From an uncultured Rivularia sp. (lineage in GTDB: Bacteria; Cyanobacteriota; Cyanobacteriia; Cyanobacteriales; Nostocaceae), in contig OY762007.1 in the NCBI GenBank assembly GCA_963665115.1, positions 320,001-384,000 on the forward strand: a stretch of 64,000 nt of DNA. Reading direction: 5' to 3'. The translations under genes and the position numbers were made by a program. The notes beneath the pieces are model-generated. The model was given only the letters and a program-made list of their open reading frames with translations, was not told where the DNA came from and did no database searches. This document shows positions 1 through 10,780 of this stretch, piece after piece (positions within the stretch are counted from its first letter, which is position 1; the number at the start of each line of letters is the position of its first letter).

Positions 1-1324
1 TGCCCAAGCATATTCGCGAGTCAAGGCTGCTAAACTGTAACGTTCTGAGGATCGATAAATCAAGGAAAGTTGTTGCAACTTTACCAACCCTTGAGATATA
101 ACAATTGGATCTGGTTTCTCGAAAGCTACGTTGGCTAAGGTTTCCTTGCTAACTGAAGCGATGAAAAGAGTTAGAGCTATTAATAAAGAATAAGGTGGGG
201 AGTTTCTTAGAGGATTTATTGAAGTAGTAAAGCAAAAACGAGCAATATCTCCTTGAGGATTTTTAATTAATAAAAGTACGTCTTCGAGTAAATAACCAGC
301 AGCCATCTGTCCCGATAGCGTAAATCATTGCTGCTGGTACTCCGCTTACTGCTTCATAGATTTGCTGCGATTCTGGATTAGTTAAATTAACGTTTTTCTC
401 TTTAGCTTCGTGTTGAATTAGCCGCAAACTATGTTCTTTGGGCAAAGAATTAAGACGTATTGGTACGAATAATGTTTGTTCGCGAGTGGTAAGAATTACT
501 TTAACCGTTGGTGGCAAGTCGTAGAGAAAGGAAAGAACTTCTTGTTTGTCTTCAATGGTTTCTAAGTTATCAACAATCAATAAAGTTTTAATCTGGGAAA
601 GTTTATGACGAATAACTTCAATTTGCTCTTGCAAAGATAAATTATTGATTTCGGAAAATTCAAAAATACGAGCGATTTCTCGGCATATATCGCGTAAAGT
701 GCGCTGATAAATTAATCTCGGTAAAAGTCCGATAGAAGTAAGATGATTTTGCTTGGCAGATGTAAAGATAATGGCTTCAAAAGCAGGCGAATTAGAAACA
801 AAACAGCGATAAGCAACTTCTACAGCCAAAGTAGTTTTACCTACCCCACCAATCCCATCGACGCTAATTAAATGAGCGGAATGCCTGTAATCCAAGAGTT
901 CCATCAATCGCGCTACTTCGCGATCGCGTCCCACAAAAGTGCTATATTCCCGTGCGGGTAAGTTTTGCACGATTGAAAGTTTTTGGCTTTCTACTGAAGT
1001 CGAATCAGCAATTTCTGTCTGCTGACTATTTACTAATGAGTATTCGGAGTTGTTTTTTGGTGACAGCTTGGCTTTGCGTTGTTCCCATTGGTTGCTTAAG
1101 AAAATCCTGAGTCGATTTTCTTTACCTCTACTACTACCGCTAACATTGAATTTCTTATAAACTTGACCCATCCTTTTTAGACAAGCGTCCGCAGAAGTAC
1201 CCAATTCCGAGGCTATTTCTTCGTAGCTCTTACCTTTCCCCATTCGCAGTAGAAAAACTTCCTCTTGATCGCGAGAAAGTTCTTGATTATGCGCCATTTC
1301 AGTCAAAAAATCGGTTGGGAACAT
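1..1324 (-). CDS. HTH + NB-ARC (STAND ATPase) regulator; runs off the window; apparent +1 frameshift near 311
   Basis: N-terminal HTH (KSYEEIASELG), FVGRDREV, Walker A GIGGVGKT, Walker B LLIVDNLE. Removing one base at ~311 gives AIGQMAAGY...LTREYAWA, open to base 1. Confidence 0.85.
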
Positions 1325-1804
1325 TTTGCTAAAAATTGTTTTGGCTTAATATATTCTACCTTCTTATTGAGAGTTTACACGTATATCGGAGTAATTCGGA
1401 GTTTAAAGAAACAGTAAAGGTTCTATGTAATACATTATTCCAGTAGCTAAGAATACTAATGTTTATGTAGGTGCTGGCTACCTTAGTGTTGGTGTTTCTG
1501 ATGATAGCCGTTGAAGGATATTTTTCTTAACGTCTTTACTATTTTCTTCGTTAACGTAAGACGGATGAGGAAATTCCGATGCTTTAAAATTATCGCTTTA
1601 CAAATACTTGCTTAATTTCCGGAGCTATTCAGAGCCATAAAGAATCTTTACTATAAGTTATTTTCCATACCGACATCTGAAAAAATACTGAGCTAATATT
1701 TTAAACACTCGGACTAAAAAACTTGCTTAGCAATCATATTGCTCAATTCTTTTGATATCCGAATAAATTCTGGTTGTAGCTAAAATTTATACTTAGGCAA
1801 TATT

Positions 1805-2281
1805 ATGCGACAGTTTTTCAAGTTTGCTGCAAAAGTCTCTGCTGTATCTGGGATTGCTTGTGCTTTGACTTTCGTATCTACATTGTCTGCTAACGCTCAA
1901 TCTGAAAAGGGTTTGGAAGGACATTACGTTGGTGGTAGTTTCCAAACTGGAAATGGAGTAACTGGGATTAGTATTTACGGACGATATGACGTTCGTCAGT
2001 TACCAATCTCTGTGAGAGGTAGTGTAGACGTAACTGATTTTTCTGGTGACACTTATACTCAATTTGCACCAGCCGTTACCTATGATTTACCTATCGGCGA
2101 AAAAGCAAATGCTTACGCTGGTGCTGGTTTAGTTTTCGGTGAAGGTGATTCTACAGCATTTTTGAATGCTGGCGCAGAAAAAGAAATTGCTACAAATGTA
2201 GTAGTTTTCGGCGATTTAAACATTCCTTTAGATAGTGATATCGATCCAGGCTTCGGTGTTGGGCTTGGCTATCGTTTCTAA
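1805..2281 (+). CDS. Small outer-membrane beta-barrel protein
   Basis: Signal peptide (SANA/Q), alternating beta-strand pattern, C-terminal GLGYRF barrel signature. Confidence 0.75.
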   Translation: MRQFFKFAAKVSAVSGIACALTFVSTLSANAQSEKGLEGHYVGGSFQTGNGVTGISIYGRYDVRQLPISVRGSVDVTDFSGDTYTQFAPAVTYDLPIGEKANAYAGAGLVFGEGDSTAFLNAGAEKEIATNVVVFGDLNIPLDSDIDPGFGVGLGYRF

Positions 2282-2284
2282 TAT

Positions 2285-2450
2285 TTGACACTCCCCGGCG
2301 TGAACGCACGGGGATTCTTGGATCTAAGATATAACTTGCTCATGCAGGTTTTCACCAACATGAGTAGAGGTTTCATCTCCCCAAGCGTTTTCTGCGTCCA
2401 GCGCAAAAGTTCCGGTATGCCCTACCGTACTCAATCCTCGATTAAGGATA
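2285..2450 (-). ncRNA. Predicted omegaRNA (reRNA) scaffold of the TnpB element; 5' boundary approximate
   Basis: TnpB omegaRNAs are known to overlap the tnpB 3' end and the element right end; the right-end hairpin is visible. Confidence 0.55.
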
Positions 2451-3514
2451 TTCCTAGCTGCATTTTCATCACGATCCATCTCACAGCCACATCTACAAAT
2501 ATGCGTGCGAGTTGATAAAGTCTTTTTAACAATTGTGCCGCAGATAGAGCATTCTTGAGAAGTATATTGCGGATTAACCGCAACCGTTACACGCTTAAAT
2601 ACTTTCCCGAAGTATTCAATCGAGCAACGAAACTGATACCAAGACGCATCGTTTATTGATTTAGATAAACAATGATTTTTCACCATATTTTTTATTCTCA
2701 AATCTTCATAAGCTATCAAGTCGTTAGACTGAACTACGCACCGCGCTAATTTTACAGCGTGGTCTTTACGTTGCCTACTTATCTTGAGATGTCGTTTATC
2801 TAAAATATGTTTTGCTTTTGTTCTGTTACTTGAACCTTTTACTTTCTTAGAAACACGACGTTGAGAGCGCTTGAGAACTTTTTCTCCAACACGAAGAAAC
2901 CTTGGATTTTTGATTACTTCACCATTTGAATCGGTGTAGTATTCTTTTAATCCAACGTCTAATCCTACTGCTCTACCAGTAGTCTTAATGTCTTCCGAAC
3001 GTTCTACATCAATACAGAATTGGACGTAAACACCATCAGCGCGCCTCACTAATCGAACCCGCTTTATCTGGTTGATTTGATAAAAGTGCAGGTCGCGAGT
3101 GCCTTTTAGCTTTAATCTTCCAATTCCTTTTTTGCCAGAGAAAGTTATCGATTTACGATCAGGAGCAAGTTTCCATCCCGAAGTTTTGTATTCAACAGAA
3201 CGGCAATCTTTTTGAAACTTTGGGAAACCTTTTTTCCCTGCTATACCTTTTCTACAGTTTTCATAGAAACGGTTTATTGATGACCATGCTCGTTCTGCAC
3301 TAGCTTGTCTAGCCATTGAATTAAGTTCATTTGCAAACGAAAATTGTTTAGCAAGTACAGCGCAATATTTCTGCAAATCGTTTTTACCCGTTCCTTTATT
3401 GTCTATCCATAAACGGATGCAACTGTTTCGGACGAATTGGGCTGTACGAATTGCTTCGTTAATGGCTGAGTACTGCTTTGATTTTCCGTATGTTTTAAAT
3501 TCAAAAACTAGCAT
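2324..3514 (-). CDS. tnpB: RNA-guided endonuclease TnpB
   Basis: RuvC motifs GLDVG, AYEDL and DRDENAA intact; Zn finger CSICG/CRCGC. Confidence 0.95.
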   Translation of the reverse strand: MLVFEFKTYGKSKQYSAINEAIRTAQFVRNSCIRLWIDNKGTGKNDLQKYCAVLAKQFSFANELNSMARQASAERAWSSINRFYENCRKGIAGKKGFPKFQKDCRSVEYKTSGWKLAPDRKSITFSGKKGIGRLKLKGTRDLHFYQINQIKRVRLVRRADGVYVQFCIDVERSEDIKTTGRAVGLDVGLKEYYTDSNGEVIKNPRFLRVGEKVLKRSQRRVSKKVKGSSNRTKAKHILDKRHLKISRQRKDHAVKLARCVVQSNDLIAYEDLRIKNMVKNHCLSKSINDASWYQFRCSIEYFGKVFKRVTVAVNPQYTSQECSICGTIVKKTLSTRTHICRCGCEMDRDENAARNILNRGLSTVGHTGTFALDAENAWGDETSTHVGENLHEQVIS

Positions 3515-3664
3515 GGTATCACCTCCATCGTTATACTATCACAAACGGTATAATGTTGGAAAATAAATAAAAAGCCGTCTTTCTAAGACGGGGCTTTAGA
3601 CCCATTATTTTCGGTAAGATCAACAGCTAGTACGTTCCATCAAAAGAATAAAACATAAATTACC

Positions 3665-3700
3665 ACGCGGGGAAGAGTTCAGACTTTTACCCGCGTTTTT
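3665..3700 (+). terminator. Intrinsic terminator, probably of the 1805-2281 gene before IS insertion
   Basis: ACGCGGGGAAGAGT-TCAG-ACTTTTACCCGCGT stem followed by a T run. Confidence 0.7.
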
Positions 3701-4262
3701 AATGAGCCGTGCCTGCGGTGAATGGTTGACTTATCTACTGAAACCTTTTAGAGACGTGATATATCGCGTCTTTACAACCCATCGAAATTAATGAAGCGAT
3801 CGATTGCCACAAAACGTATTATGTCTGAATTAAACGAATCCCTGCACTGGAATACTTAATTTATTGTAAGCTAACATAATAAAACTTAAGGAGTTATTCG
3901 GAGCTTTACTGATTTTTCATGTAAAATGTTTTCTATATAGCTATATACAGCATAATTACGGAGTATTATTGTAAAATAAGCAGAGGTTAAAAGAGGAGTA
4001 GGAACAAGTAGCGAGTATCAGGGTGTAATTTAGGCAATTTATTTTGAAGTTTAGGAGTTGATCTGATTGCAAAAGCATCTCAAAAATCTAAAAAGAGAGT
4101 GCTTCAGTTATTTGCTGAGTTCCTAACTTCAAAAATACGTAATTACTTTTAGACTCAGGGTTTTCTTAATTGCTGCTACCAATTAAAGGTAAGTTTCGTA
4201 TTCGAGTACATATCGAATACGAAACTTCATTAGACAAACTATATTATTTTGGGAAGTTAGTT

Positions 4263-4953
4263 ATGATTCAAGGTTTACAAAAAAAAGTATCGCCTAAAAT
4301 TCTATTAATCGATAGCTATGAGATATTTTTGAGTGGAAACTGTAAAGATATTACGCTCCTATTATCCTGATGCTAAAATTTATGCTGCTACAACTGTAGA
4401 AAATGCTTTACATCAAATTGCGACAATTAAGCCAGAGTTAGTTATTACCGATATTTGTGTTGCACAAAATATCGGCGGAGCAATCCAGATTAATAATGGA
4501 ATGCAGCTTCTGAAAAAATTATTAACTAATCATCCTGAAATTAATATCCTCGTACAAAGTACGTATATTAATACTTTAGTGCGAATCAAATCGGAAATCG
4601 ATTGTCATCCATCGGGTTTTGTTGTAGCAGATAAATGTCTTTCTACTCAGGAAACATTAAATAGGGTTGAATGGACTTTGCAGGGATTGACTCATACCAA
4701 GGATATTAGAGCGATTAACTCTGGATTACAACTGAAACCAGAGTGGTTAAGGCTGCTAAATCTAGCATTTGAAGAAGGATTGCAAGATAAAGCAATTGCT
4801 GCACATATTTGTGTTTCCGAGCGAATGGTACGTCACTATTGGTTTAAGTTACAAGAAGTCTTGGATATAAATATTGACGAACTAAAAAATCAAGGAAAGA
4901 ACCTTCGAGTTATAACTCATATTCGGGCAAGAGAAGAAGGTTTTATTGATTAG
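4263..4953 (+). CDS. NarL/LuxR-type response regulator; apparent +1 frameshift near 4338
   Basis: MIQG...KILLIDSYEIFLSG joins TVKILRSYYP if one A is removed; receiver motif LVITDI; C-terminal HTH DKAIAAHICVSERMVRHYW. Confidence 0.8.
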
Positions 4954-5033
4954 TGTAGTTATTCTAATTAATTTCTGTAGTGTGTTAGCGCAACGTGTCT
5001 GAAAGACAAGCATCTTGCTCGCTTATGTTATTC

Positions 5034-5072
5034 AAATAGAAAACAGGTAATAGGTTAGCTGTTTTCTATTTT
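5034..5072 (+). terminator. Stem-loop terminator after the response regulator
   Basis: AAATAGAAAACAG...CTGTTTTCTATTT inverted repeat. Confidence 0.55.
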
Positions 5073-5102
5073 AAATGACTAGTATTTCGTAAAATCGCCA
5101 CA

Positions 5103-5207
5103 TACAGCACTTTGCAGGTATATGAGGTACATTTCCCTACTCCCTACTCCCTACTCCCTACTTCCTCTAGAAACGATGTGTACCTCACTTAAATGAAATC
5201 TGCTGTA
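5103..5207. repeat. MITE-like element with imperfect terminal inverted repeats around (CCCTACT)n
   Basis: TACAGCA...TGAGGTACA / TGTACCTCA...TGCTGTA flank about four heptamers. Confidence 0.6.
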
Positions 5208-5620
5208 ATATCAACATCGAATAGATGTAGCCACGATACTAATTATCAATTGACTTCTGGACACTTTTTACTTTATTTTTTATTTTTTGTAATATGTTTG
5301 ATGTTGTTATTTCAGTTTTGGTTAGATTATAATCTTCCTAGAACAAAAAAATACTATTAGTAGAATAAAAAACTTTGTATAATTTTATTCTTTTATAAAA
5401 GTTTAATTTCTTAACTAAAACCGTATTTATTATGTTAAGTTGGCAATCTGTAAAACTTAAGCCGGTAAATTAGCGGAAATTTTCGTAAAAATTGTACATC
5501 ATCCTGATATGTAAATAGAAATAATTTTGTAAATAGAAATAATCATAGTGATTTGAATTGATTTTAGCTGTATAAGGGTTTGTACCCAAGCATTTCCCCA
5601 GTATCACAGGAGACAGAAAA

Positions 5621-6253
5621 ATGAATAAATTATCGCTAAGTGTTGTAATGCTTGGATTGGGAGTAATGGCATATGCTCCAAAAGTTAATGCAGCAAACGC
5701 ATTTTCTCTCCCGCAATTATTTACAGCAAAAGCAGAACTTGTCTCGCTGTTTACTCAAGTGAATGTTGAGAATTCCGTAGTAGCGACTTCTGGATGGAAA
5801 CAGTTTTATTCAGATGAAGGGAATTTTTCAATTTTTGTACCCAGCACATCTATAACTAATTTAAATTCTAAAAGTGAAGATTACTCTATAAATATTTATC
5901 ATGTAGATAACAAGAAAAGCTCGTATATAGTTGGCTACGTTGATTATAATACGGACTTAACTGAGTTATCACTCGGTGAAATATATCATAACTTTTTGCT
6001 AGATTTTTTAGGCGCTGATGTCAAGTTTCTTAACCAGCTAGATATTACTTTGGGTAAATATCCGGGTATAGAAGTGGAATATCGAAACGATAATCAAGAA
6101 GCAGTTGCTAAAAGTCGATTATTTTTAGTAGGACAAAGGCTGTATATTTTAGATATCTCTAATTATAAAGCTGGAGACGCTAAACAATTTTTTAATTCTT
6201 TTCGATTGGAGAAGAATATCAAAGAAAACGAGAGCGAGATTGCTTTTAACTGA
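5621..6253 (+). CDS. Secreted hypothetical protein (possibly PsbP-like fold)
   Basis: Signal peptide; WKQFYSDEGNFSIFVP and RLFLVGQRLY...AKQFFNSF motifs; RBS AGGAG. Confidence 0.6.
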   Translation: MNKLSLSVVMLGLGVMAYAPKVNAANAFSLPQLFTAKAELVSLFTQVNVENSVVATSGWKQFYSDEGNFSIFVPSTSITNLNSKSEDYSINIYHVDNKKSSYIVGYVDYNTDLTELSLGEIYHNFLLDFLGADVKFLNQLDITLGKYPGIEVEYRNDNQEAVAKSRLFLVGQRLYILDISNYKAGDAKQFFNSFRLEKNIKENESEIAFN

Positions 6254-6422
6254 AATATTGTACAATTCCTGATAAATCATAATAAACCCGGTTTCTTGCT
6301 CGTTACACAACTAAAAAATTATGTTTTAGCGAAAATAAACTGAGTTTATCAAAATCTGGCAACCTACTATAGAATTGTTGAACGCGAATCAAGCTGCAAC
6401 AATTTGAAAAATTAATTAACTT

Positions 6423-8640
6423 TCAATTAATTGGAGCAAATCCGGCTTGCTGAATTAAATTTTTTCCTTGATTTGTTTTTAACCAGTTTGCATAAGCGCG
6501 AGCAGCTTCGGCAGATTCTTTTACTGAGTGGAAATCTTTATGTAAATCGGGTTCATCTGTATTAATGCCGCTTTTTTTGTAAATAATATACAATCTTCTA
6601 GTAATAGGATATCGATCGCCACTAGCTAATTTATCGGTATCTACCTTATTTGGTTTTTTATTGCAATCGGGATAAGGAATTAATGGTTGTCGATAGGGAG
6701 CAACTGTATTATTTGATGTGTTTCCTAGTTTTAAAGTTTTTACGCTACATTGATTAACAATTTCTGAAGCTGAAGCATAGTAAATACTTCCTGGTTGTGC
6801 TGCTACTTTGGCTATACCTTGTGTAGTATTAGAAACAGGTTGAACAAAGATTGTATCTATTTCTTTTCCTCTTAAAACGTATTCTGATAAATACTCTACG
6901 GTACCTCCTGCTTGTTTAAGTCGAGAGAATGGTACTATCGGTAAATTTTGTCCGCCTAATTCTTGCCAGTTGCGAATCTTGCCTGTATAGATACCTTCAA
7001 GCTGGGTTAATGTTAATTCATCTACGTTGAGATTGCGGTTTACTGCTACTGCAATCGCATCAATAGCTACGGGAATTTCTTCTAAAACAAAGCCTAGTTC
7101 TTTTGCATCTGCTTTTTCATTTGTATTAAGTCTGCGAGAAGACAAAGTAAAATCTAGTTCGCCTTTTAAAAGCATTTTAATACCAGTAGCGGAACCCGGA
7201 TCATCTTTTTTCGGGTGTGTATATTCTACTTGAAATTGAGGATGAACTATTTCGAGTACTTTTTGCACTTTTTTATTAATAGGTGCCCAAGTGGTACTTC
7301 CTCCATAGTAAAATCTTCCTTTAGGAAAAATTCCTGAATTATCCGAATTATCTGAACTTACTTTTTCTTCCTTTTGTGCCTCAAACAGGTTTGTAAATGT
7401 ATTTTTCCCAATAGTAATACTACAGCTAGCAAATAAACCAATCAAACCAAATGTAATTAACAGCTTAATATAATTGTTATTCGGAGGATTTTTTTGATCT
7501 GGGTTTGGATCTATTTCCGAAGAAATTACATCACCTTGACGAAGCGATTTCCAAGTTAATGATTGAGCATTAGGTGCAATGCAAATTGTCGGTAGCCAAA
7601 CTGCACCGGGATAATCTAAATTAAAATGCTCTAATCGCTTGCGGGCTTTATTTAAAGCTTGAGAAAGCGAACTACCGCTAGTAAATGCTTCAAAAAAGTG
7701 CTTTAAAAATTCTACTGCAACGCTATCGGGTACGGGTTTCCCTCATCACAATACATCGGGATAAATGTAGCTGTGCTAGTTGCGAAGCTAACCCCAAACC
7801 ATCACAGGAATTGAAAATTGCTAACTGCAATCCCTTGTTAATAGCTTGTTTTAATGCTTCTTGAAATTCCTCAATGCTTAAACTATCGGTGTTATTCAGT
7901 TCAATCCAACCAATCTGCCCATCTTCTCTACTTCCGCTGTGCCCTGTAAATATAAAAATATGATATCCTTGCTCGTTCCACAAAGCATCACATAATTCTT
8001 TACGATTGGGTTGCATTAAACAAATAACTTCTGCACCATGTTGTTCTAACTCTTTTATTACTTCTAAATCATTTTTAGTATTGATATCGTCGCTTCTACC
8101 GACAGCAACTAAAACTCTAATTTTTGAACTTTGAGGAAGTGGATTATTTGTGTTTTTATATGTATTTTTAGCCGCACTTAAAGCAATTTCTACTTGGGGA
8201 TAATGTTCTTCAAACAAATTCCACTCTTGCCAGGGAAGACGACGTAAGTTAACATCTTTAGCATCAATAATGACGCGAATTTCTTCATTTTTTTGATGCA
8301 ACTGCTGCGCGATCGCAATTAACCTATCACGCACTGGCAACCATCTGGAATCCCCACAATTAAGCCATTTATTTAAGCATTCTTTAACTGAGGTTGTATG
8401 CTCGGCGCTGGAATACTTGGTTACACTTTTAGGAGTAATCCGCATTCCCGGTGCGGGTGCAATATAGGAGCGTACTGCTTCAATTTGACGATAAGCTAGT
8501 TGCCAGTTATTGAAAGATGTTTCTAATTGGGGTGGTAAAACAGGTAGAAATCCCTCCGTTTCAACATCTAGTTGCTTCGCAGTTAAATCTACCTGAAATC
8601 CTTGTTTACTTTCCCTGATTTTTAATTTTACAATTGCCAT
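6423..8640 (-). CDS. CHAT (caspase/HetF-like) protease-TM-PstS-like substrate-binding fusion, ~738 aa; apparent +1 frameshift near 7738
   Basis: CHAT motifs LPWQEW, FTGHS and FNSCDG. Removing one base gives MREPVPDSVAVEFL...WLPTIC, open through a TM segment (KLLITFGLIGLFA) into the PstS-like ORF (YGGSTTW, PVAIDAIAVAVN, YPITRRLY). Confidence 0.85.
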
Positions 8641-8801
8641 AGTATTTTTCTCTATTAATTTTGAATTTCACATTTTAGATTGAAACAAGCTTTTAGCTTC
8701 GGTAGGGATAATTTAAAAGATTATTTAAAACCGGAAATTGTTTCCCCTTCTTCTTTCAACAAAAAATATAATCCAAAATCGTAAATCCAAATTCGGTTTA
8801 C

Positions 8802-9734
8802 CTAAACAATGAATTCTTCGGTAATGCTTGTTGCTTCTAACTTCAATTCCACGCTAAATTTTTCTTCATGCTGGCAATCAAACTCTAACTGCATCCAATC
8901 ATTAGCGTTTTCGGACTGAGTTTCCATGCAAGTATTTCCCGATTCATCAAAGATAGTAAGCTGTAAATTTCTAGGTAAATGAACTGTATTTTCCGCCGGA
9001 TAAACCCGCAAACGAATATCAAATACTGTACTATCTGTAGGCGTTAATTCTATTAATAATACTATCTGTCTGCCAACATCAATAACTTTGGCACGACTAA
9101 TAGAGTTAGTTATATAATTTTTATTTTGACGGGTAATAGTCGCAGCACTTCTGTGTTTATACCCTCTGAAGTTATCAGCTAAAACTAATTCCGGAGATTG
9201 CCAACCTCCATCGAATATTCCTTCCAACCATTGACACAAATTATTTAGGTTTTTGCGTCGATTAATAATATCTATAAGAAGATCGATAGATTCAAATTTA
9301 TTAATTTCAATTACTTCCGATTGCCCAATCAACGGTTTTGCTGGTACAAAACCTAATATTTCCACAAAATCTAACTGCTTGCCAAACCCAACAGCAACGT
9401 AACCAATTCTTTCTTGCGTTACCTCTTGGGGCAAAACCACGGCATTTTCACCGGGCAATACGGGGCGGCATTCTATTCTACCAACCGACGGTAACATCAA
9501 ATCGGCAATATCAAAAAACGTCCTGATGCTCCAATCCCAACTATCGCTTTGATGCAAAGCTGTTTCTATATTTAGCCATTTGAGATAATTCTTAACGGCA
9601 TAAACCGCTAAAGTATTTAGATAAACCTGTTTACCCTTCTCCACAGAATCTTGCTGCGCTGCAAATTCTTCAGCTTTTTGATGAGCATCTTTCCCCAAAG
9701 GTACCTGTAAATAGTTTGGTTGCGTACTTTTCAT
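8802..9734 (-). CDS. DUF1822 family protein
   Basis: KGKQVYLNTLAVYAVKNYL, ADLMLPSVGRIECRPV and LCQWLEGIFDGGWQ motifs. Confidence 0.85.
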   Translation of the reverse strand: MKSTQPNYLQVPLGKDAHQKAEEFAAQQDSVEKGKQVYLNTLAVYAVKNYLKWLNIETALHQSDSWDWSIRTFFDIADLMLPSVGRIECRPVLPGENAVVLPQEVTQERIGYVAVGFGKQLDFVEILGFVPAKPLIGQSEVIEINKFESIDLLIDIINRRKNLNNLCQWLEGIFDGGWQSPELVLADNFRGYKHRSAATITRQNKNYITNSISRAKVIDVGRQIVLLIELTPTDSTVFDIRLRVYPAENTVHLPRNLQLTIFDESGNTCMETQSENANDWMQLEFDCQHEEKFSVELKLEATSITEEFIV

Positions 9735-9737
9735 TAA

Positions 9738-10436
9738 TCAATCCTTAGTCTTGATTCCAATTTCTTTAAGTAAAGGTAAGCATTTTTTTTTCCAGTGAGA
9801 ATATATGGTTTGATTGCTTACATTTAACTCTCTGGCAATATCGGCAATTTTATGAGATGGTTTTGTTAATAACAATCTTTTTGCTAAAAATTGACAGTTG
9901 CATTCCGTATTATTACGGGTACAGCAACGTTTGAGTTGGCGCTTTTCGTCTTGCTCAATAAATTGGATAATTCTTTCACCCCAAGTTTGGCGATCGCGCT
10001 GTTGAATTTCAGCAATTTTGAGATCGAGCAAGTCTAAAGTAATATTTGCAAATTTAGGATCTGGTAATATATCCAGCTTAGTAACTTTACTACCTTCATC
10101 GTTACTTATTTGTTGGTCTAAACTAATCGTATAATTACCATCGGAAGCATATAAATCTTTGATACGCCACTTCAGATAGCCATTTATCCATCTAACCAAA
10201 CTAACTGTTAAAGATTCACCCGAATTTACTTTTAATCGATCGAATTTATCAATACTCCGACAAAACCATTCCCATGTTTTATTCAAGGCTTCTAAATAGT
10301 CTTGATGCCCATCCTTTTTGATCCCAGGAAGCTGTTGAACAACTATCAGCAAATTATTTAACGCTTTTTGTCTTTGCGGGGTACCTTCTTCATAACCACA
10401 CACTTCCTCAATTAGTTGTTGAAGTTGTTCATCCAC
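9738..10436 (-). CDS. Sigma-70-like / HetZ-related HTH protein
   Basis: Region-2-like DYLEALNKTWEW..WINGYLKWRIKDL; C-terminal HTH IADIARELNVSNQTIYSHWKKKCLPLL; GTG start with GGAG RBS. Confidence 0.75.
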   Translation of the reverse strand: MDEQLQQLIEEVCGYEEGTPQRQKALNNLLIVVQQLPGIKKDGHQDYLEALNKTWEWFCRSIDKFDRLKVNSGESLTVSLVRWINGYLKWRIKDLYASDGNYTISLDQQISNDEGSKVTKLDILPDPKFANITLDLLDLKIAEIQQRDRQTWGERIIQFIEQDEKRQLKRCCTRNNTECNCQFLAKRLLLTKPSHKIADIARELNVSNQTIYSHWKKKCLPLLKEIGIKTKD

Positions 10437-10679
10437 TCCTTTAATTCTCCAAAACCTATGATTAATTCAATTTTCTCACTTTTACAGCAACATCCTACTC
10501 GACACGTTAATGAATTAATTGTTGTATAAATTACTTTAGTCTTTCAGTTTTAGGTAATATTTTGATTATAAAGTCTTAAGTTTATATTAGTATTCTTTAA
10601 CTCAGTGATGGTTAATTAAAGGTTAAGCGTGCTTTTGATATCAAAGTTGCAATACCCGCTTATCGGTATAGCTACAGGA

Positions 10680-10734
10680 ACAAAGCCTGCCTTCGCAGAC
10701 TAAGAAATCTTTAGCCTACGAAGGTAAGCTTTGT
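10680..10734. repeat. Imperfect palindromic dispersed repeat
   Basis: ACAAAGCCTGCCTTCGCAGACTAAG...TTTAGCCTACGAAGGTAAGCTTTGT. Confidence 0.5.
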
Positions 10735-10780
10735 AAATATAGCCCCAGTCTTCTAGACTGAGGGCTGCTGATTTGAGCAT

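Larger units (their letters stand above)
2285..3613 (-). mobile_element. tnpB-only IS200/IS605-family element (IS1341-like)
   Basis: On the minus strand TTAC (3617-3614) precedes a left end with hairpin (CCGTCTTAGAAAGACGG). The right-end hairpin CCCCGTGCGTTCACGCCGGGG ends in GTGTCAA at 2285. No tnpA inside. Confidence 0.85.

Noticed and set aside
1443..1456. NtcA site GTA-N8-TAC
   Set aside because: A six-base match is expected many times by chance in AT-rich DNA; no supporting context
4170..4370. Separate 66-aa gene (likewise 27022-27387, 43272-43466, 45685-45963, 7723-8640)
   Set aside because: These are halves of neighbouring genes split by single-base insertions
5510..5543. Direct repeat TGTAAATAGAAATAAT twice as an operator
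   Set aside because: AT-rich exact duplication seen only once; cannot be told apart from slippage
6423..7445. pstS of a phosphate transport operon
   Set aside because: No pstCAB nearby, and the domain is the C-terminus of a CHAT fusion
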